A DNA stretch of 61,875 bases from Flavobacteriales bacterium (GCA_036881805.1 JBAJNK010000009.1:1-61875), one strand, 5' to 3'. Counted from the stretch's first letter, positions 19,435-28,557 are shown. Numbers and translations: made by a program. The notes: generated by a model not told the origin, from the letters alone.

Positions 19435-20638
19435 AATGCCTCGCTTAAGCGACACGATGGAAGAAGGCTTGGTGACGCAGTGGCATAAGCGAGTAGGCGA
19501 TCGGGTTGAGGAAGGCGATATATTGGCCGAAATCGAGACCGATAAAGCCGTTCAGGAGTTTGAGTCTTTTTATACGGGTACGCTGCGCTACGTGGGTGTC
19601 AAGGAAGGGGAACGCGCATCTGTAGATGCCGTTTTGGCCGTTATTGGCGACGCGGATGAGGATATTAAGGGGCTTATCGCTCAGGGAGAAGATGGCGGTT
19701 CAGCGATTGGAAAGGCGGGCGTTGAAGAAAAAGCGGTGAAACCCGTCTCGGCTGCTGGAAAGGCGGGCGTTGAAGAAAAAGCGGTGAAACCCCTTACCGA
19801 TCGAATTTTGGCCTCCCCGCTGGCGAGAAAGATGGCTCGAGAAAGCGGTGTTGACTTGGGCCAGGTACAAGGAAGTGGTGACAACGGCAGAATCGTAAAA
19901 AGCGATGTAGCGCGCTTTAAGCCCGCTCGTCGACAAACCGCTTATATCCCACAGTCGGTTGAATCCCAGGAAGTCGCTGTATCGCAGCTGCGAAAAACCA
20001 TCGCTGCGCGCCTGACCGAATCGAAGTTTACCGCGCCGCATTACTACCTGAATATAGCGGTCGATATGGAAAACGCCTCGGTTTCGCGTGAGCAGGTCAA
20101 TGCTATGCCAGGGGCTGCGGTCTCTTTCAACGATGTGATCATCAAAGCCACGGCTATGGCTTTGCGCCAGCACCCCCAGGTAAACAGCAGTTGGGCAGGT
20201 GATACAGTTATCCAGCACGGCGACATTCATATCGGTATGGCTGTTGCAGTAGAAGCGGGCTTATTGGTCCCGGTCATTAAAAATGCGGATTACAAGGGTA
20301 TGCTGCAAATCTCAGCTGAGGCAAAAGACCTGGCCGAGAAGGCCAAAACGCGTAAAATTGCCGCAGACGAGATGACAGGCAGTACCTTTACCATCTCCAA
20401 CCTGGGTATGTTTGGCATCGAGTCTTTCACATCGATTATCAACCAGCCGAATTCTTGTATTTTATCGGTGGGTGCCATCGTGGAGAAACCCGTGGTGAAA
20501 AAGGGTCAAATCGCAGTAGGCCACACCCTGCAGTTGACTATGGCTTGTGATCACCGCACGGTGGATGGTGCGACAGCCGCTGCTTTTTTGCAAACGCTAA
20601 AGACTATGCTGGAAACGCCTTTGGCGATGCTGATGTAA
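19418..20638 (+). CDS. dihydrolipoamide acetyltransferase (2-oxo acid dehydrogenase E2)
   Basis: 406 aa. It has a lipoyl domain (EIETDKA), a peripheral subunit-binding domain (ILASPLARKMARESGVDL) and the catalytic DHRTVDG. The start overlaps the pdhA end by 17 nt. Confidence 0.85.
   Translation: MAEVIKMPRLSDTMEEGLVTQWHKRVGDRVEEGDILAEIETDKAVQEFESFYTGTLRYVGVKEGERASVDAVLAVIGDADEDIKGLIAQGEDGGSAIGKAGVEEKAVKPVSAAGKAGVEEKAVKPLTDRILASPLARKMARESGVDLGQVQGSGDNGRIVKSDVARFKPARRQTAYIPQSVESQEVAVSQLRKTIAARLTESKFTAPHYYLNIAVDMENASVSREQVNAMPGAAVSFNDVIIKATAMALRQHPQVNSSWAGDTVIQHGDIHIGMAVAVEAGLLVPVIKNADYKGMLQISAEAKDLAEKAKTRKIAADEMTGSTFTISNLGMFGIESFTSIINQPNSCILSVGAIVEKPVVKKGQIAVGHTLQLTMACDHRTVDGATAAAFLQTLKTMLETPLAMLM
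19709..19792 (+). repeat. perfect 36-nt direct repeat at 48-nt spacing inside the E2 linker
   Basis: ggaaaggcgggcgttgaagaaaaagcggtgaaaccc occurs at 19709-19744 and again at 19757-19792. It encodes GKAGVEEKAVKP twice. Confidence 0.9.
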
Positions 20639-20748
20639 GTCGCTGCTTTTCAAGGTACTTCAAATAATGCTGCAAATGAATTATCATATTGGTGGTAATT
20701 TTTTTTAAATAAAGCGGGTTTGTGCGAGATAATTCTTACCTTTCCCGC

Positions 20749-20940
20749 ATGAATACAGGTACAGTAAAATTCTTTAACAAAACCAAAGGTTTCGGTTTTA
20801 TTAAAGATCAGGAGTCAGATCAAGAGTACTTTGTGCACGTTACCGGCCTGATAGATGATATCGGTGATGGGGATGAGGTGACTTTTGAGCTTCAGGAAGG
20901 GAAAAAAGGATTGAATGCAGTAAATGTTCGCCAAGCGTGA
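20749..20940 (+). CDS. cold-shock domain protein (CspA family)
   Basis: 63 aa from the internal ATG. KGFGFI (RNP1) and FVHV (RNP2) are present. Confidence 0.85.
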   Translation: MNTGTVKFFNKTKGFGFIKDQESDQEYFVHVTGLIDDIGDGDEVTFELQEGKKGLNAVNVRQA

Positions 20941-20965
20941 CCGCTTGCTGTAGCAATGAATTTTT

Positions 20966-20992
20966 AAGCCTCGCTTCGGCGGGGCTTTTTTT
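20966..20992 (+). terminator. intrinsic terminator downstream of the csp gene
   Basis: aagcctcgc-ttcg-gcggggctt forms a 9-bp stem (one G-U pair) and is followed by a T-run. Confidence 0.6.
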
Positions 20993-21004
20993 GTAGGGAT
21001 GACG

Positions 21005-21815
21005 CGCTTGGAAGGGCTTGAAAAGGCGGGCTTATCTTTTGACTTTACCCCGCTTATTTTTTTGTTTCTGTCCTTTATGTCGGGGTGATTTTTTGTGTTC
21101 GTCCGTTGTAGCATCTGAAAGCGCAGGCTTACCGCTCTGTATTCACCTATGCGCAGCGATATGAAAAGGAACTTGTTTTTTGGTGCTCGTCCTGTGGGGC
21201 GGTCTGAGAGGTGGGCTTTTTTTATTTCTGTGCGCGTTCTTAAAATCCTAGAATTACTTTTTTTGCTCTTTTATTTTGGCTTGAAAAGTGGGTTTTATTT
21301 TTCGTCCCTGTGGTCAGCGCAGCTGACTTTTACCACATATTCAAACTGCGGCGGGTCTGTGAAAATTGGGCTCGTCTTTTGCTCTTGCTCCTGTGGGCAG
21401 CCTGAAGGGGGTACTTTTCTATTTCCGATTGACGGTTTGAAAAGATGGGCTTGCTCTTTTGTTTCTCAAATTCTGTGCGGGTTTGAAAGATCGGTCTTTT
21501 TTTGTGCTCGCCCCTGGGGCAGCGCAGTGCCTTTTATCGCATATTTGTCTCGCCTCTTTATCTGTGCGCAGTGGTTTAAGAAGTGGGATTGTTTTCGGGT
21601 GCTCCTCCGTGCGTGGTGGCTTAAAGAGATGGGCTTGTTTTGGGTTTCCAGTTGACGGTGTAAAAAGTGGGTTTTAATTTTTTGTTTTTGACTTTTTCTA
21701 GGGATTGAAAGAGGAAGGCTCGTTTTTTTGTATTCGTCTCTATGGGTCAGTTTGAAAGAGGTGCTTTTTTGTTTTTGCCCTTTTGATGGGTTGGCGGCTG
21801 AGATCGATCTTTTGG
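21005..21815 (+). repeat. array B (largest) of the ~44-bp intergenic repeat family, about 16 units plus two long modules
   Basis: TTGAAAAG-type cores lie near 21018, 21115, 21162, 21205, 21240, 21281, 21359, 21403, 21437, 21482, 21575, 21620, 21659, 21704, 21751 and 21794. Each is followed by GGGCTT-like and T-tract segments. Confidence 0.85.
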
Positions 21816-21819
21816 GCAG

Positions 21820-22188
21820 TCATTTTACCAGCACTACTTTATAAACCGTAGCAATGCTATCCCTTTCGCACATTTGAACCATTACATAAAGCGAATTTTG
21901 CGCTATTCTATAGATTTTACAGGGTGCTTTTCGCGGCTCGCTTTTGGAGAAGTCTACCCGGCCGTAGCGCAAGATATGTTGGATGCGAGCCGTGTCTATG
22001 TTTAGTTTTTTCATCTGCAGCTCGGCTTCTTTGCCATAGCGCGTTTTTCGTTCGCCGAGGCGTTGCAACACCCGAGCGTTTGGAAAATAGGCGCAACCCG
22101 TATATCGATTGCCAAAAAGTGTAAAGAGGAATACCGATCCCAGGGCTAAACCCATGGTGTAAAATGCCAATCTCTTTAAGAAGCTCAT
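21820..22188 (-). CDS. small membrane-anchored hypothetical protein (possibly DUF4258-like)
   Basis: 122 aa with one N-terminal hydrophobic helix. Its start abuts the stop codon of the upstream ald-like gene, which suggests co-transcription. The family assignment is tentative and from memory. Confidence 0.4.
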   Translation of the reverse strand: MSFLKRLAFYTMGLALGSVFLFTLFGNRYTGCAYFPNARVLQRLGERKTRYGKEAELQMKKLNIDTARIQHILRYGRVDFSKSEPRKAPCKIYRIAQNSLYVMVQMCERDSIATVYKVVLVK

Positions 22189-23388
22189 TTAAAAAATCAG
22201 TAAATCGATATCGGTGAAAGGCAGGTGAAACCATTGACTGACCTCGCGTTTGGTCATCACGCCTTTGTATAGATAAACCCCTTTTCGCAGCCCTGTATCG
22301 CATTTTAATAAGTTGTCCAGGCCGCCGTTCCTGCCCATCTCTATTATGTAGTTTGAGAGGTAATTACTCATCGCCATGCTCGCTGTACGCGATACGCGTG
22401 AGGCGATATTGGTTACGCCGTAGTGAATGACATCGTGTTTTACAAAGGTGGGGTGGTCGTGTGTGGTCACTTCTGAGGTCTCAAATGTACCGCCGTGATC
22501 GATGCTCACATCTATGATAATCGCTCCGTATTTCATTTCCCTAACGGTGTCTTCACCGACTAGAATGGGCGTTCTTTCGCCGCCTGCACGTATGGCTCCG
22601 ATGGCTACATCGCAGCGCTGTAATGCCTTTGTCAGACGCTTGGGATCGATCAGTGAAGTGAAAGTGCGGTGATTCAAGTTGTTTTGCAACTTTCTTAAAT
22701 TGGCTATGGAATGGTCGAAAACCTTAATTGAGGCGCCTAGGCCCAAAGCGGATTTGGCGGCGAATTCGCCTACCGTACCCGCGCCGAGAATAACCACTTC
22801 AGCCGGTGCGATACCCGCTGCGCTTCCCAGTAAAACACCGTTTCCCCCATTGGTGTTACTCATCAGTTCGCCGGCGATCAGTATGGATGTAGTACCGACT
22901 ATCTCGCTGATCGTTCGAACGATGAGCAAGCCACCGGTTTCATCCGAGATGAAATCTATCGCGATACCGGTGCTTTTTTTCTGTGCCAACGCTGTAAAAT
23001 ACGCTTGGGCACACGTGTTGATTTGCAATGCAGATATCAAGGTACTCCGCTCGGCCAACATTTGAATTTCCGCTTCGGCAGGGGGTTCTATCTTTAAGAC
23101 GACGGGTTGTGAAAAGACCGCCGCAGTTTCGTGCGATATCTTTGCGCCGGCTTCGGAATACTGGTGATCGGAATAACTCGCACCGGCTCCAGCTCCGGTT
23201 TCTACCAATACCTCGTGGCCATTGGCTATCAAAACGGATACGGCATCGGGCGTCAGGCCGATTCGCTTCTCTTGGAAGTGGGATTCTCTCGGAAGGCCGA
23301 TGCGGATTTTCTCTTTGCTAGGGCCGACTTCAAGCCTTTCGGCCTGGGGGATCAGTTCTTTCTTAGAAAAAGGAGAAAGCGATTCCAT
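22189..23388 (-). CDS. ald: alanine dehydrogenase / PNT-family NAD-binding dehydrogenase
   Basis: 399 aa with the Rossmann motif VILGAGTVGEFAAK and an AlaDH/PNT-like N- and C-domain layout. Confidence 0.7.
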   Translation of the reverse strand: MESLSPFSKKELIPQAERLEVGPSKEKIRIGLPRESHFQEKRIGLTPDAVSVLIANGHEVLVETGAGAGASYSDHQYSEAGAKISHETAAVFSQPVVLKIEPPAEAEIQMLAERSTLISALQINTCAQAYFTALAQKKSTGIAIDFISDETGGLLIVRTISEIVGTTSILIAGELMSNTNGGNGVLLGSAAGIAPAEVVILGAGTVGEFAAKSALGLGASIKVFDHSIANLRKLQNNLNHRTFTSLIDPKRLTKALQRCDVAIGAIRAGGERTPILVGEDTVREMKYGAIIIDVSIDHGGTFETSEVTTHDHPTFVKHDVIHYGVTNIASRVSRTASMAMSNYLSNYIIEMGRNGGLDNLLKCDTGLRKGVYLYKGVMTKREVSQWFHLPFTDIDLLIF

Positions 23389-23390
23389 AC

Positions 23391-23891
23391 TTACGCTTCA
23401 ATGATTACTGTGCGTTGGCCTCGATCGTTCGAGATGCGAATTTTCAAACTGTTTTCGGGCAAGAGGTTGGGTATTTTTTCAGGCCATTCCACCAGGCAAA
23501 ACCCGTCGCTGTAAAAATAATCTTCATATCCGATATCCAAAACCGCTCCTTCGGATTCAATGCGGTAAAAATCGAAGTGAAAAACCGGTCCTATCTCAGC
23601 TGAGAAATACTCGTTTACCATTGAAAATGTAGGACTGCTGACCCAATCTGCTACGCCGAGCAGCTGCAATAAGGCCTTGATGAAAGTGGTTTTTCCCGCC
23701 CCCATTTCACCGTAAAAAAGCCATACCTTCCGAGCTGAAAAACGCTTGAGTAAAACCTTTCCGATGGTCTTTAAATCAGAAAGTGCGACATTTTTATACT
23801 CCAAATCCGATTTTATTTGGGTGCTAATGTAACGAAAGCAACGATTATTTCCGCTAAGAATGTCCGCCGTGTGGGTAAGCGTTTTTGCCAT
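23391..23891 (-). CDS. tsaE: tRNA t6A37 biosynthesis ATPase TsaE
   Basis: Walker A GEMGAGKTT and the SPTF block are present. The start is uncertain; an internal ATG was chosen. Confidence 0.75.
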   Translation of the reverse strand: MAKTLTHTADILSGNNRCFRYISTQIKSDLEYKNVALSDLKTIGKVLLKRFSARKVWLFYGEMGAGKTTFIKALLQLLGVADWVSSPTFSMVNEYFSAEIGPVFHFDFYRIESEGAVLDIGYEDYFYSDGFCLVEWPEKIPNLLPENSLKIRISNDRGQRTVIIEA

Positions 23892-24071
23892 ATTTCGCAT
23901 AGCGGTAATAGTAGCTTGGACAGGAGGAGAAATCACTTTCTTTCGCGAATATAAATTTTGAGCTTAGATCGACCTTATTTTTTGTGGTCGGGATGACCGG
24001 TGTATTTTGGCTTGTGGCGTTTTTGTCAGTACTTTTGCACGGGTCTTGCATGCTGTAAAAACTATTGCACT

Positions 24072-25301
24072 TTGCGTAAAATCGATAGACTCAAAATATT
24101 TAACGACCCCGTTTATGGTTTTGTTTCCATTCCGAGTGAAACCATTTTTGACCTTATCGAACACCCGTATTTTCAACGTTTGAGGCGGATCAAGCAGCTG
24201 GGGCTCGGCTCGTTGGTATACCCAGGTGCTGACCACACCCGTTTTCACCACGCTTTGGGCTGCTTGCATTTGATGACAAAGGCTGTTCGCAGCCTGCGTC
24301 AAAAGGGGCATGAAATTACGCCGGAAGAAGAAGCGGGGGTGCAAATCGCTATTTTGCTCCACGATATGGGTCACGGCCCTTTTTCACATGCTTTGGAAGG
24401 CACTATTTTATCGGTTTCTCACGAGTGGCTATCACTCCGGCTTATGCATGCCTTAAATGAGGAGTTCAGCGGTAAATTGGATTTGGCCATTCAAATATTT
24501 ACCGATGTGTACCCCAAAAAATTTTTGCATCGGTTGGTCAGCGGCCAGCTGGACATCGATCGTTTGGATTATTTGAAAAGAGATAGTTTTTACACCGGTG
24601 TAAACGAAGGCGCTATTAATTCCGATCGGTTGATTTATATGATGAATGTACGCGATGGGGAATTGGTAGTCGATCAGAAGGGTATATATTCCGTTGAAAA
24701 ATTCTTAATCGCCCGCCGTTTGATGTACTGGCAAGTATACCTGCATAAAACATCTTTTGCCGCTGAACGGATGCTCATGGGAACGCTGCAAAGGGCTCGG
24801 GAAAGAGTAGCTGAAATAAAAACCCCTTGTCCGGATAGCTTATCGTATTTCCTCAAAAAGAAAACGACGAGAGACAATTTTAAACCGGCTGATCTAGCGC
24901 ATTTTGTCGCCTTAGATGATTTCGATATCGTGTACGCTTTGAAACAATGGCAAACCGCAGCAGACACCTCGCTCTCGCTGCTCTCGAAGAAATTGCTCAA
25001 ACGGGACCTCTTAAAAATTGTGGTAAAAGCGGCTGCTTTTGATAAAGCGATGGTCGATAAGCTCAAGGGCTCGGTGAAAAGAGATTTGGGGTTGTCGCCG
25101 GGGTATTTTGTATACGAAGGTAAAATCGAGAACCGCGCGTATCGGGATGAAAGTGATTCGATCGATATCTTGTACAAGGACGGATCCTTAGCAGACATCA
25201 GTGCAGCCTCAGACCAATTGAATATCTCGGCCTTGGCCCAGCCGGTCGTCAAAAATTATCTCTGTTACCCCAAAGAACTAGCCGGCTTTATCAATATGTA
25301 A
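24072..25301 (+). CDS. HD-domain metal-dependent phosphohydrolase
   Basis: HD motif HHALGC...LLHDMGHGPFSH. The conserved N-terminus KIFNDPVYGF begins just after a TTG at 24072. The ORF-track start at 24000 is probably too far upstream. Confidence 0.7.
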   Translation: MRKIDRLKIFNDPVYGFVSIPSETIFDLIEHPYFQRLRRIKQLGLGSLVYPGADHTRFHHALGCLHLMTKAVRSLRQKGHEITPEEEAGVQIAILLHDMGHGPFSHALEGTILSVSHEWLSLRLMHALNEEFSGKLDLAIQIFTDVYPKKFLHRLVSGQLDIDRLDYLKRDSFYTGVNEGAINSDRLIYMMNVRDGELVVDQKGIYSVEKFLIARRLMYWQVYLHKTSFAAERMLMGTLQRARERVAEIKTPCPDSLSYFLKKKTTRDNFKPADLAHFVALDDFDIVYALKQWQTAADTSLSLLSKKLLKRDLLKIVVKAAAFDKAMVDKLKGSVKRDLGLSPGYFVYEGKIENRAYRDESDSIDILYKDGSLADISAASDQLNISALAQPVVKNYLCYPKELAGFINM

Positions 25302-25322
25302 AAATGACTACTTTTGTCGCTG

Positions 25323-26369
25323 ATGAAGTTTTCAGCAATCGAGATAGCGCGGATTTTGCATGGCGAAGTACAGGGAGACCCAAATGTAAGGGTAGACAAA
25401 TTGACCAAGATAGAAGAAGCAAAAACCGGGAGCCTCTCTTTTTTGGCGAATCTAAAGTACAGCCACCATCTCTACCATACCGATGCGTCCATTGTAATTG
25501 TAAACAAAACCTTTGTACCTGAAAAGGCGGTCATGCCTACCTTAATTCGTGTGGATGACGCATACAAGGCCTTTTTCAAACTATTAAAGCTGTACAATCG
25601 GTCTGCGGTCGATCGATCGGGAATTGAAGATCACAGTTGCATAGCCCAATCCGCTCGCCTCGGTGATTCGGTTTACATCGGTGCTTTTGCTTATATCGGT
25701 GCGTATGTAAAGCTAGGCGATCGCGTTCGGATCCACCCCCATGTCTATGTGGGCGATGGTGTTGAGATCGGTCCGGATACCGAGGTTTTTTCCGGCGTTA
25801 AAATCTACTTCGATACCCGAATAGGGAAGCAGTGCAAGCTGCATAGCAATGCGGTGGTAGGTGCAGATGGCTTTGGTTTTGCGCCCAACAGCGAGAACTA
25901 TTACGACAAAATTCCGCAGACGGGCAACGTCATTATCGAAGACTTTGTCGAGATCGGCTCAGGGACTACCATAGATCGCGCCACATTGGGATCTACTGTG
26001 ATTCGAAAAGGGGTAAAACTCGACAATCAAATACAAGTCGCCCACAACGTCGACCTGGGTGCGCATACCGTAATTGCGGCGCAAACCGGTATAGCCGGCT
26101 CTACCAAGGTCGGTGAGAACTGTATGATCGGTGGACAGGTGGGCATTGCCGGTCACCTCAACATCGGCGACCGCGTAAAGATCGCAGCACAATCGGGCGT
26201 TATATCTGATTTGCCAGATGGCACGACCTGGTTTGGTTCGCCCGCCATGGCAGCCAAAGCGTATAGAAAATCTTTTGTCTGTTTCAGAAAGCTGCCCGAG
26301 GTGGTAAAGCGTTTGGAATTCTTAGAAAAACAAGTGAAAGAAATGAGAGTCGGTAAAGATGGCCGATAG
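25323..26369 (+). CDS. lpxD: UDP-3-O-acylglucosamine N-acyltransferase
   Basis: About 348 aa with hexapeptide-repeat left-handed beta-helix sequence. It sits directly upstream of lpxC/fabZ and lpxA. Confidence 0.9.
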   Translation: MKFSAIEIARILHGEVQGDPNVRVDKLTKIEEAKTGSLSFLANLKYSHHLYHTDASIVIVNKTFVPEKAVMPTLIRVDDAYKAFFKLLKLYNRSAVDRSGIEDHSCIAQSARLGDSVYIGAFAYIGAYVKLGDRVRIHPHVYVGDGVEIGPDTEVFSGVKIYFDTRIGKQCKLHSNAVVGADGFGFAPNSENYYDKIPQTGNVIIEDFVEIGSGTTIDRATLGSTVIRKGVKLDNQIQVAHNVDLGAHTVIAAQTGIAGSTKVGENCMIGGQVGIAGHLNIGDRVKIAAQSGVISDLPDGTTWFGSPAMAAKAYRKSFVCFRKLPEVVKRLEFLEKQVKEMRVGKDGR

Positions 26370-27750
26370 TCAAAAAACCATAGCCGGTGAAAAAACCTTG
26401 TCCGGTGTCGGATTGCACACAGGCAGGCGAGTCGAGGTGAGGCTTAAACCCGCCCAGCCCAATACGGGTTTTGTCTTTGTCAGAACCGACTTAGAAGGAA
26501 CCCCGAGCGTGGAGGCCCTGGCCAACTACGTTTGCGATACAGAGCGTGCCACGAGCCTAGAGAAAAGAGGTGTTCGCATACATACTACGGAACACATTTT
26601 GGCTGCGCTCGTCGGGATGGATCTGGATAATGTTTGCGTTGAGCTAGATGGGCCTGAGCTGCCGATTATGGATGGTTCTGCCAAGTATTTTACCCGAGCT
26701 GTCGAGTCGGCTGGCTTACGAGAACAGGAAGTGGAGCGGGTATACCACACGATTAAAGAGGTCGTCTCTTATACCCAACCTGAAACCGGCAGTGAGATTA
26801 TCGCCATGCCCTTTGATCGGTATCAAGTGACGACCATGGTTGACTTTGGTACCAAGGTTTTGGGTACCCAAAATGCGACGCTAGCAGATTTACGAGACTT
26901 TAAAACTGAAATTGCCAATGCGCGAACCTTTAGTTTTTTACGCGAGCTCGAGAAGCTACTGGATGCGGGTTTGATCAAAGGAGGCGATTTGAATAATGCC
27001 ATTATTTATATCGATAAGGAAATCTCGCCCGAAACGGAAGAAAAGCTCAAGAATATATTTAAAAAAGATTCCATCTCTATAAAACCCAATGGTATTTTAG
27101 ACAACCTTACCCTGCGCTATCCCAATGAAGCGGCGCGTCACAAATTACTGGACGTATTGGGGGACTTGGCATTGGCCGGGAAGCGTATCAAAGCAAAGGT
27201 GATCGCCACTAAGCCCGGCCATTTTGTCAATACGCAGTTTGCCAGAAAATTGCAGAAACACATAGAAATGGCTAGGCACACGCTTGTGCCCGAGTACGAT
27301 CTCTCTGTGCCCCCTTTCATGGATATCAACGATATCATGGCAAAATTGCCGCATCGCCCGCCTTTCCTCCTGGTGGATCGGGTAATTGAGATGGGCGACA
27401 ACCACATCGTCGGCCTTAAAAATGTAACCATGAATGAGCCCTTCTTCCAAGGGCACTTCCCCGGTGTGCCGCTGATGCCCGGCGTTTTGCAAATTGAGGC
27501 CATGGCTCAGGTAGGCGGGATTTTAGCCCTATCACAGGTCGAAGACCCCGAAAACTACCTCACCTACTTTATGAGGATCGATCACGTTCGTTTCAAACAA
27601 AAGGTTTTTCCAGGTGATGCGTTAATTTTTAAACTGGAATTGGTCTCTCCGATCCGCCGCGGTATATGCCATATGCAAGGCCGCGGTTACGTCGGTGAAA
27701 AACAGGTTGTAGAGGCGGAGCTCATGGCTCAAATAACCAAGGAAAAGTGA
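26359..27750 (+). CDS. lpxC/fabZ: bifunctional UDP-3-O-acyl-GlcNAc deacetylase / 3-hydroxyacyl-ACP dehydratase
   Basis: 463 aa. The N-terminal half is LpxC-like (HTTEHILAAL). The C-terminal hot-dog domain carries FFQGHFPGVPLMPGVL (FabZ). Confidence 0.9.
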   Translation: MADSQKTIAGEKTLSGVGLHTGRRVEVRLKPAQPNTGFVFVRTDLEGTPSVEALANYVCDTERATSLEKRGVRIHTTEHILAALVGMDLDNVCVELDGPELPIMDGSAKYFTRAVESAGLREQEVERVYHTIKEVVSYTQPETGSEIIAMPFDRYQVTTMVDFGTKVLGTQNATLADLRDFKTEIANARTFSFLRELEKLLDAGLIKGGDLNNAIIYIDKEISPETEEKLKNIFKKDSISIKPNGILDNLTLRYPNEAARHKLLDVLGDLALAGKRIKAKVIATKPGHFVNTQFARKLQKHIEMARHTLVPEYDLSVPPFMDINDIMAKLPHRPPFLLVDRVIEMGDNHIVGLKNVTMNEPFFQGHFPGVPLMPGVLQIEAMAQVGGILALSQVEDPENYLTYFMRIDHVRFKQKVFPGDALIFKLELVSPIRRGICHMQGRGYVGEKQVVEAELMAQITKEK

Positions 27751-27758
27751 TGGCGTAG

Positions 27759-28544
27759 ATGATTCAACCCCTAGCGTGTATAGACCCCGGTGCCACAGTC
27801 GCAAAAAATGTTGTGCTAGAACCCTTCGCAACGATCCAAAGGGATGTGGAAATCGGTGAAGGTACGTGGATCGGCTCAAACGCAACCATTATGGAAGGCG
27901 CGCGTATCGGGAAAAACTGTAATATCTTTCCCGGCGCTGTCATATCTGCTATCCCTCAAGATTTAAAGTTTAATGGCGAAAAGACCACGGTTGAGATCGG
28001 TGATCACACCACGATCCGAGAATGCGTAACCATCAATCGCGGTACGCTGCGCAGGCTCAAAACCAAAATTGGAAAAAACACCTTGATCATGGCTTATAGT
28101 CATATCGCACATGACTGCATAGTGGGAGATCATTGCATTTTTTCCAATAACAGCACCTTGGCCGGTCACATCACAGTAGGTGATTACGTCATTTTGGCGG
28201 GGATGACTGCCGTGCATCAATTCTGTACCATAGGGCGTCATGCCTTTGTCACGGGCGGCTCGCTGGTTCGAAAAGATGTGCCCCCTTATGTAAAGGCCGC
28301 ACGCGAACCCCTTTCCTATGTCGGCATCAATTCCATCGGTTTGCGCAGAAGGGGATTTACCGCTGAAAAGATCAGGGAAATACAGAATATCTATCGCGTT
28401 TTGTACCAAAAAAATCACAATACCTCTCAAGCGGTTGATATCATTGAAGCCGAGATGGAAGCCACTTCAGAGCGCGATGAGATCCTGATGTTTATCAAAG
28501 ATTCCAAACGGGGCGTTATGAAAGGGTACTTTACAAACAATTGA
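27759..28544 (+). CDS. lpxA: acyl-ACP--UDP-N-acetylglucosamine O-acyltransferase
   Basis: 261 aa with hexapeptide repeats, positioned in the lpx cluster. Confidence 0.9.
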   Translation: MIQPLACIDPGATVAKNVVLEPFATIQRDVEIGEGTWIGSNATIMEGARIGKNCNIFPGAVISAIPQDLKFNGEKTTVEIGDHTTIRECVTINRGTLRRLKTKIGKNTLIMAYSHIAHDCIVGDHCIFSNNSTLAGHITVGDYVILAGMTAVHQFCTIGRHAFVTGGSLVRKDVPPYVKAAREPLSYVGINSIGLRRRGFTAEKIREIQNIYRVLYQKNHNTSQAVDIIEAEMEATSERDEILMFIKDSKRGVMKGYFTNN

Positions 28545-28557
28545 TTAAAGTATAGAT

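Noticed and set aside
18439-20638. Absence of an E1 beta gene between pdhA and the E2 gene as a possible deletion
   Set aside because: As far as I recall, separation of pdhB from pdhA-E2 is the normal arrangement in many Flavobacteriia-type genomes. The 17-nt overlap of pdhA and E2 indicates an intact coupled pair.
21149-21655. Long ORFs inside repeat arrays (168 aa at 21149-21655, also 21459-21677, 37232-37486, 44767-44985 and 50679-50879), including the shared peptide APGAAQCLLSHICLASLSV
   Set aside because: The shared peptide only reflects the shared 69-nt DNA module. The repeat period is not a multiple of 3. The sequences are low-complexity (F/L/C/G/W-rich). There is no start context, and ORFs appear in whichever frame happens to lack stops.
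21005-21815. CRISPR array interpretation of the periodic intergenic repeats
   Set aside because: The period is only about 39-47 bp, so the 'spacers' would be under 20 nt. The inter-core segments are themselves conserved within and between arrays. The repeats are degenerate, not identical, and no cas genes or leader are present.
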